Below, in pieces: positions 11,654 to 20,504 of a stretch of DNA of 64,000 nucleotides (within the stretch, counting starts at the first letter, position 1; every line of letters starts with the position of its first letter). The position numbers and the translations under genes were made by a program. The notes under the pieces were generated by a model. The model did no database searches. It saw only the letters and a program-made list of their open reading frames with translations, and was not told the DNA's origin. The DNA is taken from NCBI GenBank assembly GCA_034521815.1, contig JAXHLW010000013.1:384001-448000 (forward strand). Direction: 5' to 3'. This stretch comes from Trueperaceae bacterium (GTDB taxonomy: Bacteria > Deinococcota > Deinococci > Deinococcales > Trueperaceae).

Positions 11654-12931
11654 ATGCTCGATCCCACCCTCCTGCGCGATCATCCCGACGACGTCCGACG
11701 CGGCGTGCGCACCAAGCGGATCGACGGCGCCGAAGCGGCGCTGGACGATCTGCTCCTCGCCGACGAGGAGCACCGCTTGTTGCGACGTGACCTCGAAGCG
11801 AAGCAGGCCCGCCGCAACACCGACAGCAAGCGCATCGGCGAGCTCAAGCGGACCGGCGAGGACGCCTCCGAGCTGATCCGCGGCATGGGCGAGCTGTCGA
11901 GCGAGGTCAAGCGCCTCGAGGAACGCGAGCGAGCGCTCAGGGAACGGATCGAGCGACTCCACCTCGACATCCCGAACCTGCCGCACGAGAGCGTGCCGGT
12001 GGGCGAAAGCGAGCACGACAACGTCGTGGTGCACGAGCGAGCGGGAACCGCCCCGGTGGGAAGCGTTCGCCCGCACTGGGACACGATGACCTCGCTGGGC
12101 TGGCTGGACGCGGAGGCGGGCACCAAGATCGCCGGCACCGGGTTTCCCGTGGTTCGGGGGACCGGGGTGCGCCTGTTCCGGGCGTTGGAGCGGTTCTTCC
12201 TCGACCGGCTCGCCGAGGCGGGATTCGCCGAGGTTCGCGTGCCGCTGCTCGCGAACGAGACGAGCGCCACCGCGACCGGCCAGCTGCCCGACAAGGAGGG
12301 GCAGATGTACCGGGTCGAGGACGGCCTCTACCTGATCCCGACGTCCGAGGTGGCGGTCACGAACCTGCATCGTGACGAGATCCTCGATGCGGCGTCGCTG
12401 CCGCTTCGCTACTGCGCGTCGACGCCGTGCTTTCGTCGGGAGGCGGGGAGCTACGGCAAGGAGGTTCGGGGCCTGAACCGCGTGCACCAGTTCGACAAGG
12501 TCGAGATGGTGGCGTTCACCGAGCCGGACGAGGGCTACGCCATGCTCGAGACCATGACGGAGCTGGCCGAGGCGATGCTGGCTGCGTTGGGCCTGACGTA
12601 CCGTCGTCTGCTGATGTGCACGGCCGACATGGGCTTCACGCAGGCGAAGAAGTACGACCTCGAGGTGTGGAGCCCCGGCCAGGAGCGCTGGCTCGAGGTG
12701 AGCAGCATCAGCACGCTCACCGACTTCCAGGCCCGGCGCCTGAAGACGCGCTCACGCCCTGGCGGAGCGTCCGGAAGCGGCAAGACCTCGCTGGTCCACA
12801 CGCTGAACGGCAGCGCGCTGGCGCTGCCGCGAACGGTCGCCGCGATCGTGGAGACCTACCAGCTGGACGCGGGTGGCGTCATGGTGCCAGAGGCGCTCCA
12901 GCCGTACCTCGGCGAGGGTCCTCTGGTCTGA
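11654..12931 (+). CDS. serS: Serine--tRNA ligase
   Basis: N-terminal coiled coil, IPNLPH, LIPTSEV, motif 2 FRREAG...RVHQFDKVE, EVSS, motif 3 HTLNGSALALPR. Confidence 0.96.
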   Translation: MLDPTLLRDHPDDVRRGVRTKRIDGAEAALDDLLLADEEHRLLRRDLEAKQARRNTDSKRIGELKRTGEDASELIRGMGELSSEVKRLEERERALRERIERLHLDIPNLPHESVPVGESEHDNVVVHERAGTAPVGSVRPHWDTMTSLGWLDAEAGTKIAGTGFPVVRGTGVRLFRALERFFLDRLAEAGFAEVRVPLLANETSATATGQLPDKEGQMYRVEDGLYLIPTSEVAVTNLHRDEILDAASLPLRYCASTPCFRREAGSYGKEVRGLNRVHQFDKVEMVAFTEPDEGYAMLETMTELAEAMLAALGLTYRRLLMCTADMGFTQAKKYDLEVWSPGQERWLEVSSISTLTDFQARRLKTRSRPGGASGSGKTSLVHTLNGSALALPRTVAAIVETYQLDAGGVMVPEALQPYLGEGPLV

Positions 12932-12941
12932 GCGGAGTGGG

Positions 12942-13238
12942 TCAGCCGTCGTCGCCCCCGGTGCGGGGGACGCGGACGAACTCGCCCGAGCGCGCGCGGG
13001 CTTGGTCTCGGGCGCGCTCGGGCACCAGCCCGGCCTGCACCACGTCGGCGCGCGTCCCGTCCTCGACGTGGAGGGGGCGCAGCATCGGCTCGAGTCCGTC
13101 GACGTCGATCTCCGTGAGCTCGCCCAAGTGGGCCAGGACGCGCTCCAGATCGCCGCGGAGCCCCTCTCGCTCGTCGTCCTCGAGTCGTAGCCTGGCCAGG
13201 CGGGCGAGGTGGGTCAGCTCGTGGTCGTCGACCTTCAT
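12942..13238 (-). CDS. gatC: Asp/Glu-tRNA amidotransferase subunit C
   Basis: HLARLARL...L.EIDVDGLEP...RAD...FVRVPR; 98 aa. Confidence 0.9.
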   Translation of the reverse strand: MKVDDHELTHLARLARLRLEDDEREGLRGDLERVLAHLGELTEIDVDGLEPMLRPLHVEDGTRADVVQAGLVPERARDQARARSGEFVRVPRTGGDDG

Positions 13239-13334
13239 GACGGCAGGCTAGCACGGCCCGCAGGCGGCGCGAATCGGACGCGAACCGGGTCGGGGACGGC
13301 GGTCGCCGCCCGCGCGGAGGGCTATCATGCGCAG

Positions 13335-13955
13335 GTGAAACCGACCAGCCCGGCACGCGAACGGGTGTTGCACGCGGCCGAGGAGCTGTTCGCCCGGCAC
13401 GGCTTCGCCGGCGTGACCATGCGCGACATCGCACGAGAGCTCGGGATTCGGCAGGCGTCGCTCTACTATCACGCTCCTGCGGGAAAGCAGGACCTGTACG
13501 TCCAGGTCGTCGAGCGCAGCATGGAGCGTCATCGGCGAGCGATGGAGGCCGCGGTCTCGCAGGCGGCGTCGCTCCGGGACGCGCTCCACGCCGTCGCCGA
13601 CTGGCTCCTGGGACAGCCTCTCGTCGATCTGTTCCGGATGGTCCGCAGCGACATGGCGGCCGCGTCGCCCGAGCACACCGACCGCCTGCGCGCCCTGGCG
13701 TACCGCGCGCTGCTCGAGCCGCTGAGGGCCACGTTCGCGGCGGCCGCCGAGCGCGGCGAGACGCGAGCGGCCGACCCGATGCTGCTCGCGGGAACGTTCC
13801 TGGCGACGATCGAGTCGATCGATCATGCCGTCACCGTCGAGGGCGCGACGCGGCCGGCCCGAGAGATGGCGCGCGAGATGATCGACGTATGGTGGACCGG
13901 CCTTCAGCTTCGCGGCGGTCGCGTCGGGCCGGATGACGACCGCGGTGTCGGCTAG
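13335..13955 (+). CDS. TetR/AcrR family transcriptional regulator
   Basis: RERVLHAAEELFARHGFAGVTMRDIARELGIRQASLYYH helix-turn-helix. GTG 6 nt after TATCAT. Confidence 0.9.
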   Translation: MKPTSPARERVLHAAEELFARHGFAGVTMRDIARELGIRQASLYYHAPAGKQDLYVQVVERSMERHRRAMEAAVSQAASLRDALHAVADWLLGQPLVDLFRMVRSDMAAASPEHTDRLRALAYRALLEPLRATFAAAAERGETRAADPMLLAGTFLATIESIDHAVTVEGATRPAREMAREMIDVWWTGLQLRGGRVGPDDDRGVG

Positions 13956-14683
13956 AACGCCAATCCCAGCAACGCCCACAGCGGAACGACCAGCAGCAGC
14001 GCCGGCAGCATGCTGGCGACGCGCACCCGCACGATCTCGAGCAGCCCCAAGCCGAGGCCGATGATCATCAGGCCGCCCACGCCGTTGACGAGGAGCACCC
14101 TCGGATCGTTCGCGGGGTCGGGCAGCCACTGCGTCAACAGCCCGGCGCCCAGGGAGAGCCCGCCCTGGTAGAGGGCGACCACGATCGCCGACGCCATCAC
14201 GCCCACGCCGAAGGTCGTGGCCAGCGCCAGCGACGCCAGGCCGTCGAGGGCGCTCTTGAGCAGCAGGAAGTCGGGGTCGCCGACGAGCCCGTTCTGGATC
14301 GAGCCCAGGAGGGTGAGCGGGCCCACGCAGAACAGCAGGGTCGCCGCGACGAACCCTTCGGTGAAGCGGCCGCTGCCGCGGAAGCGTCGCTTCAGCCGAT
14401 CGCCGATCCGCTCCAAGCCCTCCTCGATTCGCAGCGCCTCGCCCAGCGCGCCACCCGCCGCGAGGCCGAGCAGCGCCACGATCACGCCCGGTGGCGCGTC
14501 GACCCTGAGCAGGTCCATGGCCGAGCCGATGCCGATGAACACCGTGGTGAGGCCGATGGCCTGCATCACGACGGTCACCGTCCGCGCAGGCAGGCGGCCA
14601 CGGAGCGCCAGGCCCAGCGACGAGCCGAGCAGCACCGCGATCACGTTGACGATCGTGCCCGAGGTCTGCGCCAGCAGGCTCAC
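13952..14683 (-). CDS. DUF554 family membrane protein
   Basis: GTIVNVIAVLLGSSLG, FTEGFVAATLLFCVGPLTLLGSIQNGL.GD...KSALDG, VRVASMLPAL. GTGA overlap with the upstream gene. Confidence 0.85.
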   Translation of the reverse strand: MSLLAQTSGTIVNVIAVLLGSSLGLALRGRLPARTVTVVMQAIGLTTVFIGIGSAMDLLRVDAPPGVIVALLGLAAGGALGEALRIEEGLERIGDRLKRRFRGSGRFTEGFVAATLLFCVGPLTLLGSIQNGLVGDPDFLLLKSALDGLASLALATTFGVGVMASAIVVALYQGGLSLGAGLLTQWLPDPANDPRVLLVNGVGGLMIIGLGLGLLEIVRVRVASMLPALLLVVPLWALLGLAF

Positions 14684-15297
14684 GCCGGAGGTCCGCCCTC
14701 GTCGCCGGCGGCCGCTGCGGTGGCCCCGCCGCGGAGCACCATCACCGTCACGACCGCTGCCGCCACCAGCGGCAGACCGATCAGCCAGGCCAGCCAGGTG
14801 GTCAGGGACTGCGGCCCGGTCGCCGTCGGCGGAAAGATGAACGAGCGCGGCTCCGTGTCGCCGCTCGCTCCGACGTTCAGCGTGATCGTCGCTTGGGCCT
14901 CCTCCTGCCGGAACGTCTGGTCGCGAAAACGGAGGGTCCATTCGCCCTGTGCCGGGAGCACCAGCTCGGTCCGGTACACGCCCGGTTCGATCTCGGTGAA
15001 GCGATCGCTCTCGAGCACCGGTTCGCCCGCGGGGGGGCGGGCCTCGACGAACACGACGGCGTCTTCGACCGGCGCGTCGACCGGATCGCGCATCTCGAGA
15101 ACGACGGCGGCCGGCTCGTCCGCACGCACGGGGGCGGGCTCGGTCGAGACCGTGCCGAACACCAGCGTAGCGTGCGCGAGCGCGGCGGCGAGGCAGCTCC
15201 AGACCAGGGTGGCCGCGGCGGCGCCCGTGGCGTGCCGGACGACGGAACGAGGGCGACCGCCTCCACGGGGTCTGCGGTCGGCGGGGTCACGGCGCAT
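14680..15297 (-). CDS. Exported YtkA/FixH/CopC-like Ig-fold protein with a C-terminal membrane anchor
   Basis: SD GGAGGT. Signal peptide ending ALA followed by HATLVFG; EIEPGVYRTELVLPAQGEWTL; C-terminal TM WLAWLIGLPLVAAAVVTVMVL. Confidence 0.65.
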   Translation of the reverse strand: MRRDPADRRPRGGGRPRSVVRHATGAAAATLVWSCLAAALAHATLVFGTVSTEPAPVRADEPAAVVLEMRDPVDAPVEDAVVFVEARPPAGEPVLESDRFTEIEPGVYRTELVLPAQGEWTLRFRDQTFRQEEAQATITLNVGASGDTEPRSFIFPPTATGPQSLTTWLAWLIGLPLVAAAVVTVMVLRGGATAAAAGDEGGPPA

Positions 15298-16078
15298 GCG
15301 ATACCTCCCAGAGCACGTCGCGTGGCAGGGCGCCCCGCACGTGCACGACGGCCGCCAGCTCGCGACCGATCCATCTCCAGTGCCACGGCTCGTAGGCGTA
15401 ACAGCTACGGTCCGACGCGCCCTCCGGGTAGCTCGATACGAACCCGTACCTCCAGGCGTGGCGCTGCATCCACGCCCCCTCGGGTGTTCGGGCCCAGTCC
15501 GCGACGTCCCACGGCGCTGGGCCTCCCACGCTCCCCAGGTCCACGGAGGTGCCCAGCTGGTGCTCGGAGTGGCCCGGCCGGGCGCTGGTGGTGAGCGCTG
15601 CGGCCTCGCCGTCGAGGCGGACCCAGTACGCGAACGTCGTCGCCTGGTAGGCGTAGCTGCGGTACGCCGAGCGCAGCTCGAGCGAGACCCCGTCGGCGTG
15701 CGCCGCCTCGCGCAGCGCACGCAGATCGGGAACGACCACCGCACGAACCGAGCGATCATCATTGAACCCCGCCTCGCGGGCCGGCACCAGGTCGCCGGGC
15801 GCCCAGCTCTCGGGCAGGGCGAACACGGTGTCCAGCACGGTCCAGCGCCCGTCGCCCTCCGGATGGATCCGGGCGGGCACGTCCCGGTACGCGCACGGCG
15901 GAGGCCCGCCGGCGTCCTCGGCCTGCTGGGCGTCTCCGACCTCGGGTCCCTGCTGGGCGCTGGCGAGCAGGACCAGCGACGACGCGACGCTCGTCAGCGC
16001 CGCCGCGACCGCGAGAGCGGCGAGCCGGCGCAGGCGCCGGACGGGTACCCGGCGTCCCGGCGTGCGACGACCCGTCAT
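15287..16078 (-). CDS. M15B (VanY-like) D-Ala-D-Ala carboxypeptidase
   Basis: SAYRSYAYQ, SARPGHSEHQLGTSVD, AWRYGF, YEPWHWRWIG; N-terminal signal/TM. Confidence 0.9.
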   Translation of the reverse strand: MTGRRTPGRRVPVRRLRRLAALAVAAALTSVASSLVLLASAQQGPEVGDAQQAEDAGGPPPCAYRDVPARIHPEGDGRWTVLDTVFALPESWAPGDLVPAREAGFNDDRSVRAVVVPDLRALREAAHADGVSLELRSAYRSYAYQATTFAYWVRLDGEAAALTTSARPGHSEHQLGTSVDLGSVGGPAPWDVADWARTPEGAWMQRHAWRYGFVSSYPEGASDRSCYAYEPWHWRWIGRELAAVVHVRGALPRDVLWEVSHAP

Positions 16079-16094
16079 CGGAACGACCTCGCCA

Positions 16095-17621
16095 TCAGAA
16101 CGACGGCCCCAGCACGGTGCCGCGCATCTCCATCGGCTGGGCCAGAATCAGGAGCTGGAACACCGCCAGGCCGATCACCAGGATCAGCATCGGCCACATC
16201 GCCGCCACGCCACGCCGCCCGAAGTCACGCAGCGCGATCCGGACGACGAGGAACGCGGCCAGGAGCGCGTAGCCGCCGCTCACCGCGGCGGTGATGGGGA
16301 ACAGCCAGGTCGACGGCATCCAGCGCGCCAGGCGCCAGTCCGGATCGACGGCCGCGCCCCGAATCTCGAAGAAGTGCTGCATCACGGGCACGATCGACGC
16401 TGCGCCGGTGAGGAAATGGAACAGGTAGTGCGCCGCCCAGAATCCGAACGCCAGCGCCACGAACACGTAGCCCCAGCGTAGGAACGCTCGGCGAGGCGCG
16501 AAGCCGGCCCCGCCCGCGAGATCGGCGAGGACGGCGGCCGTTCCGACCAGGGCCAGTCCCGCCAGGCTGATCGCGCCGAACACCAGCGCCAGCAGGAACG
16601 CCTCGTTGCGACTGCCCGTCGTGGCAGCGAGCCACTCGGCGACGTCGTAGAACGGGGGAACCATCGCCATCGCGTTCAGCAGGCCCCAGAACAGCAGCAG
16701 CACGGCCAACACCAGCACCGGAGGGCCCCAGCGACGACGCCACGGCGCGCGCGCCAGCTCGCGGCCCGGCGATCTGAGCATCAACGAGACGTTGTCGTAC
16801 GGGCAGGCCCGGACGCAGTTCATGCACGAGGTGCAGTCCATGTTCGAGGTCATCGCCGGAACGAGCAGGCGCGTCTCGCAGCCCGGAAACACGCCCTCGC
16901 CGTTGGGCCTCACCACCTCGTCCGCCGCGATGAACGCTTCTGCGCTGGTCGCGTCCGCACGCTCGGTCCGCGTCTCGCGGCCGTGCAGGCACGGCTTGTG
17001 CTCGCAGGCGCGGCAGACGTCCGGATCGGTGGCTGCGATCTGCGTGGGGGACACGCTGGAGAACACGAAGTTGAAGTTGCCCAGTGGACAGACGTACCGG
17101 CAGAACGTGCCTGCCGGGAAGAGGGCGTCGACAGCGAACGCGCCTGCGAAGTAGGCGATCGCCAGCCAGGCGGTGAGCCAAGGACTGGCCCACAGGTCGA
17201 ACACCTCGTAGCTGTAGAACACCGCGAAGAGCAGAACGGCCACCAGCCACTTGTTGCGCAGCCAGGAGGGCCAGCGAAGCTCGGCAGGCAGCCAGCGCTT
17301 CACGGCGTTCGCCGGACCGCGGGTCAGCATCAGCGGACAGGCGGCGCAGAACGCATTGCCGACGAGGGCCAGCGCGACGACGACCAGCCCCCGGTAGTGA
17401 AGCCAGCTCGCGGTCGTCGCGACGTTCCTCGGTGCGAGCTGACGTCCCGTGAGGCCGTCGATGATCACCATCACGGCCAGGGCCAGCAGCGGCAGCTGAA
17501 GCACCAGACGGGCGTAGCGCCAGCGGACGAAGCGGCGCAGGCCGGGAAGCCGGAACAGGTCCGGCCCGCGCGGCTGGTCGGCGATCGGACCGGACGTGGG
17601 GAGCGGTACGCGGCGACTCAC
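16095..17621 (-). CDS. Polytopic membrane 4Fe-4S protein (NapH/RdxA/FesM-like polyferredoxin)
   Basis: Motifs FCAACP and FCRYVCP, plus CRACEHKPC and ferredoxin CTSCMNCVRACP; many TM helices. Confidence 0.8.
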   Translation of the reverse strand: MSRRVPLPTSGPIADQPRGPDLFRLPGLRRFVRWRYARLVLQLPLLALAVMVIIDGLTGRQLAPRNVATTASWLHYRGLVVVALALVGNAFCAACPLMLTRGPANAVKRWLPAELRWPSWLRNKWLVAVLLFAVFYSYEVFDLWASPWLTAWLAIAYFAGAFAVDALFPAGTFCRYVCPLGNFNFVFSSVSPTQIAATDPDVCRACEHKPCLHGRETRTERADATSAEAFIAADEVVRPNGEGVFPGCETRLLVPAMTSNMDCTSCMNCVRACPYDNVSLMLRSPGRELARAPWRRRWGPPVLVLAVLLLFWGLLNAMAMVPPFYDVAEWLAATTGSRNEAFLLALVFGAISLAGLALVGTAAVLADLAGGAGFAPRRAFLRWGYVFVALAFGFWAAHYLFHFLTGAASIVPVMQHFFEIRGAAVDPDWRLARWMPSTWLFPITAAVSGGYALLAAFLVVRIALRDFGRRGVAAMWPMLILVIGLAVFQLLILAQPMEMRGTVLGPSF

Positions 17622-17625
17622 GGTC

Positions 17626-18024
17626 TCACGGTCGGCGGACGGTCGTCGCGGCTTCCTGGCGGGTCGTGGACCCGTCCGGCAACGTCACGTCGGCGGTGAC
17701 GATCCAATCCCCGGCCATGTCGAACACCATGTCGTCGGCCCGGTACACCCCGGGGGACGCCTCGAAGGCGGCGCGAATCACCGGCACCATGCCGGCGTGC
17801 GTCATGTCGCCGGTGATCTCGACGTCGGCGCCTTCGACCGCCACGCCGTCCCGGTCCACGCGGACCACCACCGTGGCGGGACCGACGGCGGGAGCTTCGG
17901 GAAGGTCGATCGCGACCGCGACCGGGTCGGCGCTCGCCGATCCGGTCGTCGACGATCCCGCGTCGGGCGGGCGGCAGGACGCCAGGAGCGCCGTCAGGGA
18001 CAGAACGAGAACGACTGCACGCAT
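17626..18024 (-). CDS. YtkA/FixH-like lipoprotein
   Basis: Lipobox LASC; GDMTHAGMVP...PGVYRA...FDMAGDWIVT. ATG 7 nt after TAGGGT. Confidence 0.75.
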   Translation of the reverse strand: MRAVVLVLSLTALLASCRPPDAGSSTTGSASADPVAVAIDLPEAPAVGPATVVVRVDRDGVAVEGADVEITGDMTHAGMVPVIRAAFEASPGVYRADDMVFDMAGDWIVTADVTLPDGSTTRQEAATTVRRP

Positions 18025-18899
18025 CGCACGGACCCTACCACGCCCGGTTCCCGGGCCGGGTCGCTCGTGGCCAGCTCGGGGTGCCACCGATCGATCGCGA
18101 CGAGGTAGGCCAGCACCCCTTCGGCGATGGCGCCCGCTGGACGGTTCGGGTCGCCCAGCCAGGCCCGGTCGAGGGGATGGCTCAGGTAGCCCATCTCGAC
18201 GATGAGTCCCGCCGTGCCCGCTCGCGCGGCGTGTCGAACGCGATCGTGCGCGAACGCGTAGTAGTCCAGCATGGCGCCCGAGACGTTGTCGCCGTCGTCC
18301 GGCATCGGCGCGGCGCGCAGGTAGGCGACGTCCACCAGGCGGCGAAGCCACGGCTCGCGACGGTTGCGAGCCGGCTCGCGATGGGCGCTCTTGTACCCTC
18401 GGCGCGCCGGGTCGCCGCTGGCGTCGGCGTGGAGGGAGACCAGCACGCTCGGACCGTAGCCCGGGGGCACCGTCGCAGCCAGGAGCTCGACCTGCACGCC
18501 TGCCGCCGCCAGACGCTCGGCCAGCGCGATGGCGACCGCACGGTTCACGTCGACCTCGTTCACGCCGCCGCCCCTGCCGCCCGTGCTCGTCCGCAGGTCG
18601 GCGAGCTCGTCTGGATGCTCGTGCGCATGGAGATGGCCGATCTGGAGCGCGACCGTCGGAGGTCCTTGCAGCCACGCCCGGATCCGGGTCCAGCCGTCGG
18701 GCGTCGGTGGAATGCCGGTTCCCGCGATCTCCTCGACGCGCGCTTCGGTCGCGAGCGAGCGCTCCAGCCACGCCCAGCCGGCCAGGGCGGACAGGAGCGC
18801 CACGAGCAAAAGAGCGCGGGTCGCCCAGCGGCGCGAGCCGCTGCGCCGTGAACGGGGCTGCCGGGCGGCGCCGGCGAGAGGAAGCGAGGTCACGCTCAC
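17994..18899 (-). CDS. N-acetylmuramoyl-L-alanine amidase (Amidase_3)
   Basis: N-terminal TM; Zn/catalytic motifs VALQIGH, EVDVN, VSLHAD, IVEMGYLSH. Confidence 0.85.
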   Translation of the reverse strand: MSVTSLPLAGAARQPRSRRSGSRRWATRALLLVALLSALAGWAWLERSLATEARVEEIAGTGIPPTPDGWTRIRAWLQGPPTVALQIGHLHAHEHPDELADLRTSTGGRGGGVNEVDVNRAVAIALAERLAAAGVQVELLAATVPPGYGPSVLVSLHADASGDPARRGYKSAHREPARNRREPWLRRLVDVAYLRAAPMPDDGDNVSGAMLDYYAFAHDRVRHAARAGTAGLIVEMGYLSHPLDRAWLGDPNRPAGAIAEGVLAYLVAIDRWHPELATSDPAREPGVVGSVRCVQSFSFCP

Positions 18900-18935
18900 G
18901 CTGCGAGCCTACGCCTGGGCGCCGACCGCTCGCTG

Positions 18936-18995
18936 CGAAACGTCCGACAACGAAACGTCCGACGCCGAAACGTCCGACGCCGAGACGTTCGACGC
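18936..18995. repeat. 15-bp tandem repeat x4 (CGAAACGTCCGACGC consensus)
   Basis: cgaaacgtccgacaa / cgaaacgtccgacgc / cgaaacgtccgacgc / cgagacgttcgacgc; intergenic. Confidence 0.9.
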
Positions 18996-19011
18996 CGCGG
19001 CGAGACGCGGC

Positions 19012-19668
19012 TCAGACGCGCTCGGCGGTGATCCAGAAAAGGATGTGCTCGCAGATGTTCTCGATGTGATCGCCCAGACGCTCGAGGTAACGCCCGACGC
19101 TCAGCAGTTTCGTGGCCGGCGTGATCGAGCGGTGGTCCTCGAGCATGTAGGTCAACAGCTCGCGCTGGATCTGCTCGTACAGCTCGTCGATCTCCTCGTC
19201 CATCGCGAGCGCCCGTCGCGCTGCGTCGGCGTCGCTCTCGGCCAGGGCGGCGATGGTCGTGTCGATCATCACCTCCGCGATCTCGAGGATCCGGTTCATG
19301 TCGATGTACTTCTTCAGCGGTGGCCGCGACGCGAGCTCACGACCGGCTTTCGCGACGTGCACGGCGTAGTCGCCGGCGCGCTCGATGTCGCTCAGCGAAC
19401 GGTGCATCGCACCGAGGAAGCGCAGGTCGCGGGCCGCGGGCTGCCGCCGCGCGATCACGCTCAGGATCCGGTGCTCGAGCTGGTCCTGGAGCTCGTCCAC
19501 CGCCCGGTCGTTCGCGACGCAGCGCTCGGCGGCGTCGACGTCGGCGTCGATCAGCGACCGGCGAGCCAGATCGACGGACGCCCGAACCAGGCTCAGCATC
19601 CGCACGGTCTCGGCGGTGACCTCCTGCAGGTCTTGATCCAGCGCGTTCATCGAGTCCGATCGTAGCAT
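19012..19668 (-). CDS. phoU: Phosphate signalling complex protein PhoU
   Basis: ARRQPAARDLR...DIERAGDYAVHVA; DEEIDELY...RYLERLGDHIENICE. Alternative start ATG at 19650. Confidence 0.94.
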   Translation of the reverse strand: MLRSDSMNALDQDLQEVTAETVRMLSLVRASVDLARRSLIDADVDAAERCVANDRAVDELQDQLEHRILSVIARRQPAARDLRFLGAMHRSLSDIERAGDYAVHVAKAGRELASRPPLKKYIDMNRILEIAEVMIDTTIAALAESDADAARRALAMDEEIDELYEQIQRELLTYMLEDHRSITPATKLLSVGRYLERLGDHIENICEHILFWITAERV

Positions 19669-19674
19669 GGCTCC

Positions 19675-19766
19675 ATGCTGCCCTTTCCGTGTCAGGGACG
19701 CGTCAGGTCGGTCGTTCGGGCGTCCGGCGGCGCGATGACGGTCCCCTGACGTGGCGGCGGTATCGT
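19675..19766. promoter_or_regulatory. Divergent phoU/phoB promoters, each with a Pho-box-like 11-bp-period direct repeat
   Basis: Minus strand: CCTGACGCGTC-CCTGAC-10nt-CAGCAT-6nt-ATG(19668). Plus strand: ATGACGGTCCC-CTGAC-10nt-TATCGT-6nt-GTG(19773). Confidence 0.7.
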
Positions 19767-19772
19767 GATGCG

Positions 19773-20504
19773 GTGACGAACGACGACCGTGTCCACCCCG
19801 GCGGGCTCTCCAGCGACCGGTCCTCGAGTGACCGGTCCTCGGCGCCCACGGTGCTGGTGGTCGAGGACGATCCCGCCGTGCGTGAGCTCGTGGCGCTGCA
19901 CCTCGCGCGGGCGGGCTTCATCGTGCACGAGGCCGCCGACGGAGGCGAGGGATGGGCACGCCTGGCGCTGGCGGACGTCGTGGTGCTCGACCGGATGCTG
20001 CCCGACGAGTCCGGCGACGCCTGGCTGCGGCGGCTTCGTGCGGACCCGGATCACGTGCGGCTGCCGGTGCTCATGCTGACGGCTCGCGCCAGCGAGGTGG
20101 ACCGCGTCGGCGGGCTCGAGGCGGGCGCCGACGACTACCTGGTCAAGCCGTTCAGCGCCCCGGAGCTGGTCGCCCGCTTGCGGGCGTTGCTGCGTCGCGT
20201 GCCGTCCCGACGCCGCTCCACCGTCGGCGGGCTGGTGGTCGACATCGAGGAGGCACGGGTGACGCACGAGGGGACCGAGGTCGAGCTGACGCGCCGCGAG
20301 TTCGAGCTGATCGCCTACCTGGCAGCCCATCCCGGCCGCGTGTTCGCCCGCTCGGAGCTCCTGGATCGCGTGTGGGGCGAAGACTACCTCGGCACCGAGC
20401 GCACCGTCGATCAGCACGTCGCCCAGCTGCGCCAGCGGCTCGGCGACGAGCTGATCGAAACCGTCCGCGGCAGGGGGTACCGGCTTGCCCAACGCGACGG
20501 CTGA
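19773..20504 (+). CDS. phoB: OmpR/PhoB family response regulator
   Basis: VLVVEDD, VVLDRMLP, LMLTAR, GADDYLVKPFS, winged helix ERTVDQHVAQLR...ETVRGRGY; divergent from phoU. Confidence 0.88.
   Translation: MTNDDRVHPGGLSSDRSSSDRSSAPTVLVVEDDPAVRELVALHLARAGFIVHEAADGGEGWARLALADVVVLDRMLPDESGDAWLRRLRADPDHVRLPVLMLTARASEVDRVGGLEAGADDYLVKPFSAPELVARLRALLRRVPSRRRSTVGGLVVDIEEARVTHEGTEVELTRREFELIAYLAAHPGRVFARSELLDRVWGEDYLGTERTVDQHVAQLRQRLGDELIETVRGRGYRLAQRDG

Noticed and set aside
12942..13238. Orphan gatC without gatA/gatB
   Set aside because: Dispersed gat genes are common; not evidence of a new function.
13268..13289. 11-bp direct repeat CGCGAA(T/C)CGG between gatC and tetR as an operator
   Set aside because: Only two GC-rich copies and not palindromic as TetR sites usually are; indistinguishable from chance.
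15287..16078. VanY-like gene as a vancomycin-resistance determinant
   Set aside because: No vanHAX or vanRS; M15B carboxypeptidases are ordinary cell-wall enzymes.
18936..18995. Short repeat arrays (also 49883-49938, 55219-55263, 57996-58066) as CRISPR arrays
   Set aside because: Units are 14-16 bp, head-to-tail with no unique spacers, and there are no cas genes in the window.
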